Shown: piece after piece, positions 14,147-26,519 of the stretch
Layout of the letters: each line of letters opens with the position of its first letter
Position numbering within the stretch: the first letter of the stretch is position 1
From: Eledone cirrhosa
Lineage: Eukaryota
DNA: 64,000 nt
Assembly: GCA_964016885.1 (NCBI GenBank)
Contig: OZ024752.1
Location: 24,924,001-24,988,000 of the forward strand
Direction of reading: 5' to 3'
Notes under the pieces: generated by a model
The model's database searches: none
What the model was told of the DNA's origin: nothing
What the model saw: the letters and a program-made list of their open reading frames with translations, nothing else
Translations under genes and position numbers: made by a program

Positions 14147-15580
14147 TTAATTGTAAGTTGTGATGTTGCTGTTCCACTCATATTTTCTATTTAATTTTGG
14201 TTTTAATTCTTTTATGCTTACTGCCTCTGTAATTTGCCTAAACATTGCGTCTTTCTTGTGTGTGGATTCTATTTTTATTTCTATGCTCTCTAATTTACCC
14301 CTGTGTTCTATCTTAGCATGTTGGTAGAGCACAGATGATTCTTTATTATCTTGGAGGTCTCGCCAGTGTTCATTTATTCGTTCCCCTATACTACGAGCTG
14401 TCTCACCTATGTACACTACATTTTTGTTTCTACATTGTCCTTCAGTACATCTTATGCTATATACTACATTTCTAGTTTTACAGTTAATATGGGGGCTTAT
14501 TTTACAGGTTATACATTTCTTATCTATACATGAGGGTCTTTGGAACGGGTATGTCTTGCTAATAAGTGTTTTTACGGAGGTACCAGGTCTTTCTACTATC
14601 TTAATATTGAGATTATGTTTCTTTAGGGCCCTTCTAAATTTGTAGGCTAGTTCGCCTCTAGGGGTTGTATTGATGAACATTACACTCTGGTATTTATTGC
14701 TATCATACCATGAGTTTATTCTATTGGCCTTGTTCTTAGTTCTTTCTATTCTATTCCAAAATTTGCTCCTATACAAGGGGCAGGTCCCATTTATGTCATT
14801 ATTTACCATTTTTTCCCATTTGGTTCTGGCTCCTTTATACACTCTGATTCTATCTCTCTGATTGTAGCCAGAGAACTGCATACGGTGGATGAAGTGTTGT
14901 ATGTGTCTCTCTAGTTCTTCGGGGTTGCACATGCGGGACACATTTCTCATCACCCGTACCAAATCCGCAATCAGTATGTTGATTTTGGTATGGTCCGAAA
15001 TGGCCGAGTTTCGGTGGATCAGATGTTTGGAAGTCATGGGTTTGGCATAATGGGAATGGAGGATTTGTTTTTGGTTGTTAATAGTATCTAACCAGAGCTC
15101 TGTGTCTAGTACAGGTAATCGATGGTTGGGGTGTCTACTTGGGTAGTCTATAGTAACTCTAATGCTCTGGTGGATGGAGTTTGCTATTTGCTGGATGCTT
15201 TCCATTGTGTTTTTCTCTAGTTCCTGACTGTTCTTTAGTGGGGGTGTCTTAACTACGATGTTTATATCATCTACGTAGCGGGAGTACATTATCAGGGTTA
15301 AGCTGTCTTCTAATTGTTCATTAAGTTTTTGTTTAAGTCTACTGTCCCACCATACCATGAATAAGTTAGCTATGTCGCCTGCAATGCTAACACCAATGGC
15401 TGCTCCCTCCTCTTGGGCATATGTTTTACCATTAAATTTGAACATATGTTCCTTAAGGGTTAGTTTTATGCTGGCCCCTACCGCATGTGCAATCATTTTC
15501 TTCAGTTCATCATGGTTTTCGGGTGTCCGTATGGCTCTGGTCCACCCGTTCCATCTATCTGTGTGGGTTTTCTTGGCCAT
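14147..15580 (-). CDS. PLE reverse transcriptase plus GIY-YIG endonuclease (5'-truncated, open frame)
   Basis: GAAIG..IAGDIANLFM, RYVDD, LPVLD, CxxC-rich linker, NVVYSIRC...YIGET.R..ERI.EH, PKLN; first ~34 aa of the ORF-track call come from the inverted arm. Confidence 0.9.
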   Translation of the reverse strand: MAKKTHTDRWNGWTRAIRTPENHDELKKMIAHAVGASIKLTLKEHMFKFNGKTYAQEEGAAIGVSIAGDIANLFMVWWDSRLKQKLNEQLEDSLTLIMYSRYVDDINIVVKTPPLKNSQELEKNTMESIQQIANSIHQSIRVTIDYPSRHPNHRLPVLDTELWLDTINNQKQILHSHYAKPMTSKHLIHRNSAISDHTKINILIADLVRVMRNVSRMCNPEELERHIQHFIHRMQFSGYNQRDRIRVYKGARTKWEKMVNNDINGTCPLYRSKFWNRIERTKNKANRINSWYDSNKYQSVMFINTTPRGELAYKFRRALKKHNLNIKIVERPGTSVKTLISKTYPFQRPSCIDKKCITCKISPHINCKTRNVVYSIRCTEGQCRNKNVVYIGETARSIGERINEHWRDLQDNKESSVLYQHAKIEHRGKLESIEIKIESTHKKDAMFRQITEAVSIKELKPKLNRKYEWNSNITTYN

Positions 15581-16150
15581 TGAGAAACAAAAATGTAGTG
15601 TACATAGGTGAGACAGCTCGTAGTATAGGGGAACGAATAAATGAACACTGGCGAGACCTCCAAGATAATAAAGAATCATCTGTGCTCTACCAACATGCTA
15701 AGATAGAACACAGGGGTAAATTAGAGAGCATAGAAATAAAAATAGAATCCACACACAAGAAAGACGCAATGTTTAGGCAAATTACAGAGGCAGTAAGCAT
15801 AAAAGAATTAAAACCAAAATTAAATAGAAAATATGAGTGGAACAGCAACATCACAACTTACAATTAAGGACAAAATGAAAACACACACACACATCGAACA
15901 AACAACTTACAATTGAAAACACACACAAAATGAAAACACACACACACATAGAACAAACAACCAACCAACAATAAATAAATAAATAAACAAACAAATAAAA
16001 AAATATAAATAGAAAAATAGAAAAATGAACACAAACACACACAGACACCCGGATGTGACGCATGCGCAAACTGAGCACGCAACCCACACACAAACAAAAT
16101 GGCGTAGGATAGAAGAAAGGAAAGGCATAGAAACGAAGAAAGAAATCCCC

Positions 16151-16195
16151 AGTCACTGAAGAGATCACAGAGTGTGTGACGAAAGAACTATGACT
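16151..16195 (+). ncRNA. Minimal type I hammerhead ribozyme in the inverted PLE-2 pLTR
   Basis: Same motif with one G>A change at the base of stem II. Confidence 0.72.
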
Positions 16196-16370
16196 ATATA
16201 TATATAAACAACTATCTGGTTGTGGAACCAACCAACCAACCAGAAATTTATAAATTTGTAAATTTATAAATATTTAATAAATTAAATTGAAGTGAAAGCA
16301 ACTGGTGCGTGTGTTTCTTATTGGCAACATGACCCTCCCAAAGTATAACAATATATATATATACATATAC

Positions 16371-16455
<85 letters not shown>

Positions 16456-16487
16456 TATATACATATATATATATACATACATATACA

Positions 16488-16521
<34 letters not shown>

Positions 16522-16544
16522 CATACATATACATATATATATAT

Positions 16545-16602
<58 letters not shown>

Positions 16603-16604
<2 letters not shown>

Positions 16605-18116
16605 ACGTGCTGTAATCTGGTGGGCTCTTAGAAAACTAGGAGTAGATGAATGGCTTGTGAAAGCGCTACAAGCCATGTATAGGGGAGCAGTCAGCAAAGT
16701 TAGGATTAGCAATGAGTATAGCGAGGAATTTAGTGTACAGGTTGGGGTCCACCAGGGCTCTGTTCTTAGCCCCCTCCTGTTCATCATAGTCCTGCAGGCA
16801 ATAACGGAGGAGTTTAAGACCGGATGCACATGGGAACTCCTGTATGCTGATGACCTCGCACTTATAGCTGAATGTATGGTAGAACTAGAGAAGAAATTCC
16901 AAACTTGGAAGCAGGGACTAGAAAGAAAGGGTCTCAAAGTCAACATGACAAAGACTAAGGCCCTTGTAAGTAGACGAGCAAACAGAACCCAGATCCCCTT
17001 AGGGAAATGGCCTTGCTCAGTATGTAGGAAAGGTGTAGGTAGGAACTCCATTCTCTACCCCAAATGCAAACAATGGGTACACAAGAGATGTAGCGGGATC
17101 TCAGGAAGCTTAATTAAGAATGTAGGCTTCACATGCAGCAGCTGTGCTGGGACAGCAAGCAGCAAACAGCCACAGGAAACAAGTACCACCAATCTCTGGG
17201 AGGGCTCTGTAGAAACAGTAGACAGCTTCTGCTACGTAGGTGACCGAATTAACAGCGGAGGTGGGTGTTCAGAAAGTACAATAACTAGGGTAAGAACGGG
17301 ATGGAAGAAGTTTAGAGAACTACTACCACTGCTAGCTGCAAAAGGCTTCTCCCTCAGAATGAAAGGCAGACTGTATGATGCGTTTATCCGAACAGCGATG
17401 TTGCATGGTAGTGAGACTTGGGCGCTGAAGGTGGAAGACTTACGTAGATTAGAGAGAAACGAAGCTTGCATGCTCCGATGGATGTGTAACAGTAATATAC
17501 GTGAACGACAAAGCATAAATGAATTGAGAAAGAGACTGAGCATAAGAGGAATCAAATGCTGTGTGCAGGAGAAGCGGTTGCGCTGGTATGGACATGTGAT
17601 GCGTATGAAGGATGACAGCTGCATAAAAAGGTGCAGAGCACTAGAAGTCGATAGAAACCGCGGAGTGGGGAGACCCAAGATGACCTGGGATGAGTTGATA
17701 AAAGCCGACCTTACCCAATTACACCTCTCAAAGGCAATGACACACGACCGTGACCTCTGGCGTCACGCAGTAATACAGAGTGCCCGACGTCCCATGGGTA
17801 CAAGCTGAATCATATAGACAATATGCCCCCACCCCCACCCCCACCGCAAGGTGGTCGTGGAGGTGCCACGGCTAAAAAGCACCCAGCCCACACTGTAAAG
17901 TGGACGTGTAGGCGCCACGAAAAAGCACCCAGCACTCACTGTAAATGAGGTTGGTGTTAGGAAGGGCATCCAGCTGTAGAAATCAAGCCAAATCAGTTCC
18001 TGTATGAGCAAGGCATGGTCAGCCGACCAGACACTGCCCACAACAGGACAACCCGTCTAACCCATGCTAGCGTGGAAGAACGGACGTAAAACGGTGATGA
18101 TGATGATGATGATGAT
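16603..18116 (+). mobile_element. 5'-truncated RTE LINE with intact 3' ORF and (GAT)n tail, in (TA)n
   Basis: ORF 16657-17808: [17 protein letters not shown], CxxC..CxxC.WVHxxC module, RLRWYGHV; 3' UTR ends in GAT repeats. Confidence 0.93.
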
Positions 18117-18122
18117 ATATAC

Positions 18123-18155
<33 letters not shown>

Positions 18156-18175
18156 CATATATATATACACATATA

Positions 18176-18207
<32 letters not shown>

Positions 18208-18265
18208 GATATATATATATAGATATATATATATTACGCAAATATGACCCTCCCCAAATATAACG

Positions 18266-18302
<37 letters not shown>

Positions 18303-18561
18303 CATATATATTATATACATATATATACATATATATATATATACATATACACATATATATATATATACACACATATATATACACATATAATAATTGATAT
18401 TTTACTGAGTGATACTTTCTGATTTACAATCAATTAAATACGACTGGAACCGTGTCTGGAACTGTGTATTAAATTATATCAGGGACTTTTAACGTATGAC
18501 ACCGGTACGAGAGTTGAAACATTCTCACCGACACCGGGTACCTGCTGTCTTCATTATAGGA

Positions 18562-18726
18562 TTGGCAGTATCGGTAGAGGGTCGGACGCCATGCTTTCCA
18601 GCATAGTTACGTCCCTTTACGATCTGAGTTCAAATCCCGCCGAGGTTGACTTTACGGGGTCGATAAAATAAAGTACCAGTAATGCACTGAGTAATTGCTG
18701 GCCTTGTGCCTAAAGTAGAAACAATT
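18562..18726 (+). mobile_element. tRNA-derived SINE
   Basis: A and B boxes, same family as 7987-8163; absent from the paralogous position in the 29264 and 57898 blocks. Confidence 0.8.
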
Positions 18727-18863
18727 ATAGCTTTAATTAATCTAATTATATCTTGTGTAACAATTATATATATATATATATATATATACAATTTTAATTC
18801 CCCGACAGCAGTCTTACACTGTCATATCTATTCTTACTTTACAATTGTGTCTACTAAGATTTC

Positions 18864-19213
18864 TGTAGCGCTCTCTAGACAGGGAAGTAGTTAGAGTTAC
18901 GTCCCGTCGAAAGTCTAGAATCTTCTTTTGAAACTTCCGGAAAGAGGTTATAAATAGAGGCAATCAAGCCCATCTTTCTCTATTTGGCGCTTTCCTTCGA
19001 ACCGTCTACACCGGAAATGAACATGTTAATCACGAGCTTGGACTATACTTAAATATGCGTGAGGATATTTTGTATACCATGATTATGACGGAGTTAAAAT
19101 AAAATGAAGACTTGTATTCGATATGGTGTTTTGTAAATATATCTTATCCTTTTCTGTATAAAAATTAGTGATATTTACTCAAGTAAATAATCCTGGGTCT
19201 GACAAAACACTAA
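18864..19213 (+). mobile_element. Probable solo LTR
   Basis: 350-bp insertion absent from paralogous blocks; starts TGTAGCG, ends CACTAA; near-TSD ATTTC/AGTTC; TATAAATA at ~18949; AATAAA inside. Confidence 0.55.
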
Positions 19214-19256
19214 AGTTCCATTACAATCTGTAGTAGTAAAACTATTATTTCACCAG

Positions 19257-19543
19257 AACATCTGCTATTAGTCATTTATAGAGAATATATATATTTTAGA
19301 TCACATATCAACCTTATATATATATATTTCCTATCAAATATGTAGCTAAAGACATAAAGTCAGCCTCATTACTTCATTCTGACAAGATATCAATTTATGA
19401 CTAAAGATGAAGATACACCAACGTTAATGTCGTGAAATAAAGCTGATAACATCTTTGAAACCTCTAATTTGATAACGAAGAGATTATTTCTTTGGTTGTT
19501 TAGTAAAACTAACACCACAGCACATTGATTATATCTGAAGGAG
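19257..19543 (+). other. Putative non-coding (5' UTR) exon of the ZNF gene
   Basis: Acceptor TTTCACCAG and consensus donor GAG|GTAAGT are kept in all five copies of block B. Confidence 0.5.
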
Positions 19544-20179
19544 GTAAGTTGACAAAGATTTACTTAATGTCTATATTAATGTGTGTAAATAATATAATTA
19601 CGTGAACCCTACAACGATCCAGTAATTAACCAGATTCCACTGTTACATGTGATATAAAATATATTATCATGACTGTCTTTATTATTTAATTACCTCCGTC
19701 TATTTAATTATCTTGTTCACTACCTTACATTATAAAATATAGTTTATATTTAACTGTACCCTTTTGTTGTTTCAGCGAAGTTTTGTTCGTTTTAGTCTAA
19801 ATCTATTTTGATTTAATTTACTTCATCTACATCATCATAGTTTTACGTCCGTTTTTCAATTCTGGCATGGGTTGGATGGGTCCTTTTAATCACAACATCT
19901 CCCCACTCGCTTGTTCCTTTGTTATCTCCTCTGTGAGTCTCAGCAATTTGAGATCAGCTCTCACCACATCTACCCTGGTCTTCCTTGGTCTACCTCTACT
20001 ATGGCTTCCCTCTTCTGGCATTCCGTGGCACTTCTTTAACCAGTGATCACCATCCATGCATATCACATATCCATACCAAAGCAGTCTTCTCTCTTACACA
20101 CCATTCGGTTTCCTCTGAACTATATTTTATAATGTAAGGTAGTGAACAAGATAATTAAATAGACGGAGGTATTTTAAAT

Positions 20180-20361
20180 AATTGTTTTTACTTTTGGCAC
20201 AAGGCCAGCAATTATTCCAGTGTATTACTGGTACTTTATTTTATCGACCCCGTAAGAATGAAAGGCAAAGTTAACCTCGGCGGGATTTGAACTCAATCCG
20301 TCCGTAAAGGGACGTAACTGTGCTGCACAGCATGGCGTCCGACCCTCTACCGATGCTGCCA
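20180..20361 (-). mobile_element. tRNA-derived SINE
   Basis: Paralog of 7987-8163 at the same position in the inverted block. Confidence 0.8.
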
Positions 20362-20908
20362 TAGAGACAGTCATGATAACAATATATTTTATATCACATG
20401 TAACAGTGGAATCTGGTTAATTACTGGATCGTTGTAGGGTTCACATAATTATATTATTTACACACATTAATATAGACATTAAGTAAATCTTTGTCAACTT
20501 ACCTCCTTCACATATAATCAATGTGTTGTGTTGTTAGTTTTTACTAAACAACCAAAGAAATAATCTCTTTATCAAATTAGAAGTTTCAAAGATGTTATCA
20601 GCTTTATTTCACGACATTAACGTTGGTGTATCTTCTTCATCTTTAGTCATAAATTAATATCTTGTCAGAATGAAGTAGTGAGGCTGACTTTATATCTTTA
20701 GCTACAGATTTGATAGGAAATATATATATATATAAGGTTGATATGTGGTCTAAAATATATATATTCTCTATAAATGACTTATAGCAGATGTTCTGGTGAA
20801 ATAGTAGTTTTACTACTACAGATTGTAAAGTAAGAATAGATATGAGAGTGTAAGACTTATGTCGGGTAAATAAAATGTATATATATATATATATATATAT
20901 ATAATTAT

Positions 20909-21501
20909 GGCACACATGACTTTTAACGGTCTGAAAAATGAAAGTAAATTTATTTTCATTTTCGAACGTCGTGTTTACATTTTGTGTATGTGTTTAGATC
21001 TAAATTAGTTACTGAGATTAAAGACAAAATCAGAGCCTCTGTCGTTTTAACTGATTATATATATATATGTTTGTGTGTGTAGTTGACGGTTGAGAGAAGA
21101 GTACTCAATACCGAAGTAATCTTGTAATGAGTCTTGCAGAGTGGTGAGTACGCCCATCTGGACGCTGCTGCCTTGTATAAGTCCCAAATCGAATCTATGA
21201 CACTCTCGTCCCCATCATTCAGCATTTGCCAGGCAGCCGCATCATCTCCGATGGTTGGGCTTCCTATTCGGAAATTGAAGGTGGGATTTACGTTTATGAT
21301 GTTGTGGTGCACGAACGGAACTTTGTAGATCTTGCGGACCCTGATGTGCACACACAGCTCATAGAGAACACATGGAGCCGTGAAAAGAAGCTTCGTCGCC
21401 AGCATGTTTCGTTTAAACACACACACAAAATGTAAACACGACGTTCGAAAATGAAAATATATTTTCTTTCATTATTGTGACCGCTAAAAGTCATGTATGC
21501 C
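20909..21501 (+). mobile_element. Non-autonomous Merlin (IS1595/ISXO2-like) DNA transposon
   Basis: ~90-bp TIRs starting GGCA; transposase remnant PGSRIISDGWASY...VVHERNFVD...VHTQLIENTW. Confidence 0.85.
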
Positions 21502-21766
21502 ATATATATATATATATTAATGAGACTATATATATAGTTTATATATATATAAATACAATATATATACGCACACACACATGTATATATATATAGATGTGTA
21601 TATATATATATATATAGATGTATTCATGTATATATGCTGTTTGAGCAACTCTTCCTCAATCATTCATAGATGTGAGTGTATATAATAATTATTTTGTATA
21701 ATGTGTCTATTTATAAATATGTATGAGTAGATGTGTGTATAACTCAGTAGATGTGTGTGTAACTCA

Positions 21767-22010
21767 AATAATTGTCCCCCACCATCACTTTGGTCTGAAA
21801 TAATCGTTCCCCACCCTCACTTTGGTCTGAAATAATCGTCCCCCACCCTTGCTTTGGTCACAAATAATTGTCCCCCACCCTTCCTTTGGTCTGAAATAGT
21901 CTTCCACCACCCTTACTATGGTCTGAAATAATCGTTCCCAACCCTCACTTTGGTCTCAAATAATTGTCCCCCACCCTCGCTTTGGCCTCAAATAATTTTG
22001 CCCCACCCTC
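21767..22010. repeat. ~32-bp minisatellite (AAATAATCGTCCCCCACCCTCACTTTGGTCTG-like)
   Basis: About 7-8 tandem units. Confidence 0.9.
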
Positions 22011-23309
22011 ACTTATTTATTTTTCAGATTTTTTACACCGCCACTCCATTCTTAATTCACCCCACCCTCACTTATTTATTTTTCAGATTTTTTACACTGC
22101 CACCACTCTCTTAATTCACCCCACGCCCTATTTATTAAATTTTATCACATCTCTGCTGAAATATTATTTTAAGTGGTCGCATTCCTGCGACAATTTTCTT
22201 TAGACATTAAAAAACATTATAAATGACATAAAAAGTACATTACTAGAAATGCCAAATGTTATAAAATAAATAGGATGGGTTGGGGCCTCATGTAAACTAA
22301 ATGACTAATTCTGATTTTCTATCTCTGGTGAAATTTATATGTATATAAATATATATACATATGTATATATATATATATAAATATCTATACATATGTATAT
22401 ATATATATATAAATATCTATACATATGTATATATATATGTATATATATGAGCTCTTAAGTCCAGTAAAATAACCTCTAGTACCACAAACAATACACCCAG
22501 TCTTTGCTGTAAAATGGTTGATGAGAGGAAGGGCATCCAAACAGAAAAGAAAAAAATAGTGCTAAAATTATGGAAAGCCCTGCAAATAAAAATGTCCACT
22601 AATTGTGTCTACAGGCCTAATACAAGTCGTGTTATTGGGGTACCTAGGGTAGCCATGTTTGAGAATCCTTTGACTGTTATCAAGCAATTGCACAGCACTT
22701 TTCCCTTCCAGGTAGAAAGAACTGTTACTCAAGGAACTGTCAAGTTACACATCTCGGGTCTCAGACAATTACCATGTTAGAATGTCATATAAGAATGAAG
22801 TTCTTGGGTAAAGAGCTCCCAAGAGTTAGGAGGATATAATTTATAGAGCTTGCTGGAATACCACTACTTATATTGGAGAGAATAACTCTGGACAGGAAAG
22901 TTGATATCTACAGTTTATCAATATAGAAATATAAAATTTCCAATGTTAAATCTATCTCTGTTTCTAAAGTATTCTCCAATATCTCATACGGTTTCTTTCT
23001 TATTCCAGAATATCAGATGACATTGGGATAAAATTATTTTTTAATCTTGAATACACCCCCTCTATTTATCATTTCAAGACTAAAGCTTTTGATATGGAAC
23101 TCATATAACGGTGTTTATAGAAATCTATGGCAGAATTACTGTGAAATATTTCCTCAGAACTGTGTGTCTTGGAAAAGTATTGTTTCATCAGCATCTGAAA
23201 TATTTACAAGATGATTTTGAATCTTAACTAAACTTGGATCAGAAAGAAGTTTGCATCATCTTCAGATCTTGACTGAGGTCACAGTTGCCGGAAATATAGC
23301 AGAAGAAAC

Positions 23310-24656
23310 ATGGAAAATAAATTGAGTGAGAAGAAGATTAAATGTGAAACATTGTCTAAAGATATGGCTATTCCAGAAGAGATGCCAAAGCCTAGAGGAG
23401 AGAAGCCATATCACTGTGATGTCTGTGGTAAATCATTCTCTCAAAGTGGTCAGTTAACTCCACACAAACGTATACATACAGGAGACAAGCCATATCACTG
23501 CGTTATCTGTGGGGAATCATTCTCTATTAGTAGTACCTTAACTAGACACAAACGTATACATACAGGAGAGAAGCCATACCACTGTGATATCTGTGGTAAA
23601 TCATTCTCTCGTAGTGGTAATTTAACTTCTCACAAACGTATACATACAGGTGACAAACGATATCACTGTGATATCTGTAGTAAATCATTCTCTGAAAGTA
23701 GTACCTTAACTAAACACTTATGTACCCATACAGGAGATAAGCCATACCACTGTGATATCTGTGGTAAATCAATCTCTTGTAGTAGTACCTTAACTAGACA
23801 CAAACGTATACATACAGGTGAGATGCCATCCCACTGTGATCTCTGTGGTAAATCATTCTTTACAAATAGTGACTTAACTAGACACAAACATATACATACA
23901 GGTGAGAAGCCATATCACTGTGATATCTGTGGTAAATCTTTCTCTCAAAGTAGTACCTTAACTAAACACTTACGTACCCATACAGGAGACAAGCCATATC
24001 ACTGTGATATCTGTGGTAAATCATTCTCTCAAAGTAGTGCCTTAACTAAACACTTACGTATCCATACAGGAGACAAGCCATATCACTGTGATATCTGTGG
24101 TAAATCATTCATTACAAGTGGTGACTTAACTAGACACAAATGTATACATACAGGAGAGAAGCCATACCACTGTGATATCTGTGGTAAATCATTCTTTACA
24201 AGTAGTAACTTAACTAAACACAAACATATACATACAGGAGATAAGCGATACTGTGATATCTGTGGTAAATCATTCTCTGAAAGTAGTAACTTAACTAAAC
24301 ACTTACGTACTCATACAGGAGACAAGCCATACCACTGTGATATCTGTGGTAAATCATTCTCTGTTAGTAGTACCTTAACTAAACACTTACATACCCATAC
24401 AGAAGACAAGCCATACCACTGTGATATCTGTGGTAAATCATTCTTTACAAGTAGTGACTTAACTAGACACAAACGTATACATACAGGAGATAAGCCATAT
24501 CACTGTGATATCTGTGGTAAATCATTCTTTACAAATAGTGACTTAACTAGACACAAACGCATACATACTGGTGAGAAGCCATATCACTGTAATATGTGTG
24601 GTAAATCTTTCTCTCAAACTGGTCAGTTAACTTTCCACAAACGTAAGCACCGATGA
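23310..24656 (+). CDS. C2H2 zinc-finger protein, 15 tandem fingers, 448 aa, no recognisable effector domain
   Basis: Repeated [10 protein letters not shown]...L..H.R.HTG(E/D)KP; splice acceptor TTCTTATTCCAG at ~23008 upstream of the ATG. Confidence 0.92.
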   Translation: MENKLSEKKIKCETLSKDMAIPEEMPKPRGEKPYHCDVCGKSFSQSGQLTPHKRIHTGDKPYHCVICGESFSISSTLTRHKRIHTGEKPYHCDICGKSFSRSGNLTSHKRIHTGDKRYHCDICSKSFSESSTLTKHLCTHTGDKPYHCDICGKSISCSSTLTRHKRIHTGEMPSHCDLCGKSFFTNSDLTRHKHIHTGEKPYHCDICGKSFSQSSTLTKHLRTHTGDKPYHCDICGKSFSQSSALTKHLRIHTGDKPYHCDICGKSFITSGDLTRHKCIHTGEKPYHCDICGKSFFTSSNLTKHKHIHTGDKRYCDICGKSFSESSNLTKHLRTHTGDKPYHCDICGKSFSVSSTLTKHLHTHTEDKPYHCDICGKSFFTSSDLTRHKRIHTGDKPYHCDICGKSFFTNSDLTRHKRIHTGEKPYHCNMCGKSFSQTGQLTFHKRKHR

Positions 24657-25590
<934 letters not shown>

Positions 25591-26519
25591 GAGAAGATAA
25601 AAAACATATCACCCAAAATAGTGCCACCAATGCTGTTAATATTTTGAATAAAACAGTTTTACAAAGAAATTCTTCTTTCATTTTATTTGTAGAAGTTGTA
25701 ACCAAGACTTGTGCTGACAAATCTGTAGCGTTCAGAATTTACATACACTATATATATAAATGTATGTGTGCAGAAATTTGTGACTCCTTTTGTTTGTTGC
25801 ATATATAGTGGATAAATGTATGAATGATAAAAAGAATAATGCCAGAATTGTGATGTTGACAATGTTTATTTTACAATAACAATATTCACTTGTTGCTACA
25901 TTGAATATCAAGTAATAAAAATTGTGACAGGAATTATCACTACATCAATTTGCTGACTAGCTACTTCGAGCTAGTGTGTATGTATGTATCAATACAACGA
26001 TACAATAGAAGTGATTCAACAGGAAGACGAAAGAATAGATAAAACACAGAAGTAAACAGTATAATGAAACACCTACTGAGTGTGTGTGTATCCTTAGTAT
26101 TTGTTATTCCTCTCAAGGACTGCTGCTTCGGTCTCTCTTGTCTGGTGGTGTAGTCTGTGGCCGAGAGGGTGAGAGCCAGTAAGGTCAGGAGAGAGAGATA
26201 GAGTAAATGGTCCGTAGAAGCCTGTAGAACATGAATGTTTCACATCGTTATTCTCTCAAGGACTGCTGCTTCGTGGTGTGGCTGCAGGATTCCCTTTGTA
26301 CTTGTATTTATAATAACCCTATAGCTAGAAGGATGTGTATACAGGGTTGATTTTTGAGTAGCCATGTGAGTTTCATCTATCATGAAGCTGGGGTCACAGG
26401 TCAAGTGGTATGTACGTTTATCATTGTTGTCTCTTGACAGGACAATGGTGGGAAACTCGCAACGATAGGTGGTCCCAGATGCGAGAACTCTTAGATTTGG
26501 TTTCGAATTATAGGAGAAT

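Larger units (their letters stand above)
13661..16353 (-). mobile_element. Penelope-like element family 2, 5'-truncated, with a ~770-bp inverted copy of its 3' end
   Basis: Main copy on - from 15582 to 13661; 15583-16353 is the reverse complement of 13661-14431 with very few differences. Confidence 0.93.
18391..20118 (+). repeat. Segmentally duplicated block B (upstream of each ZNF gene)
   Basis: Same sequence at ~29264-31260 (+), ~57898-59740 (+), ~6850-8685 (-) and partly 20120-20880 (-). Confidence 0.9.

Noticed and set aside
15581-15679. N-terminus of the 510-aa PLE ORF as a real start
   Set aside because: It is the antisense reading of the inverted 3' arm; the element is 5'-truncated
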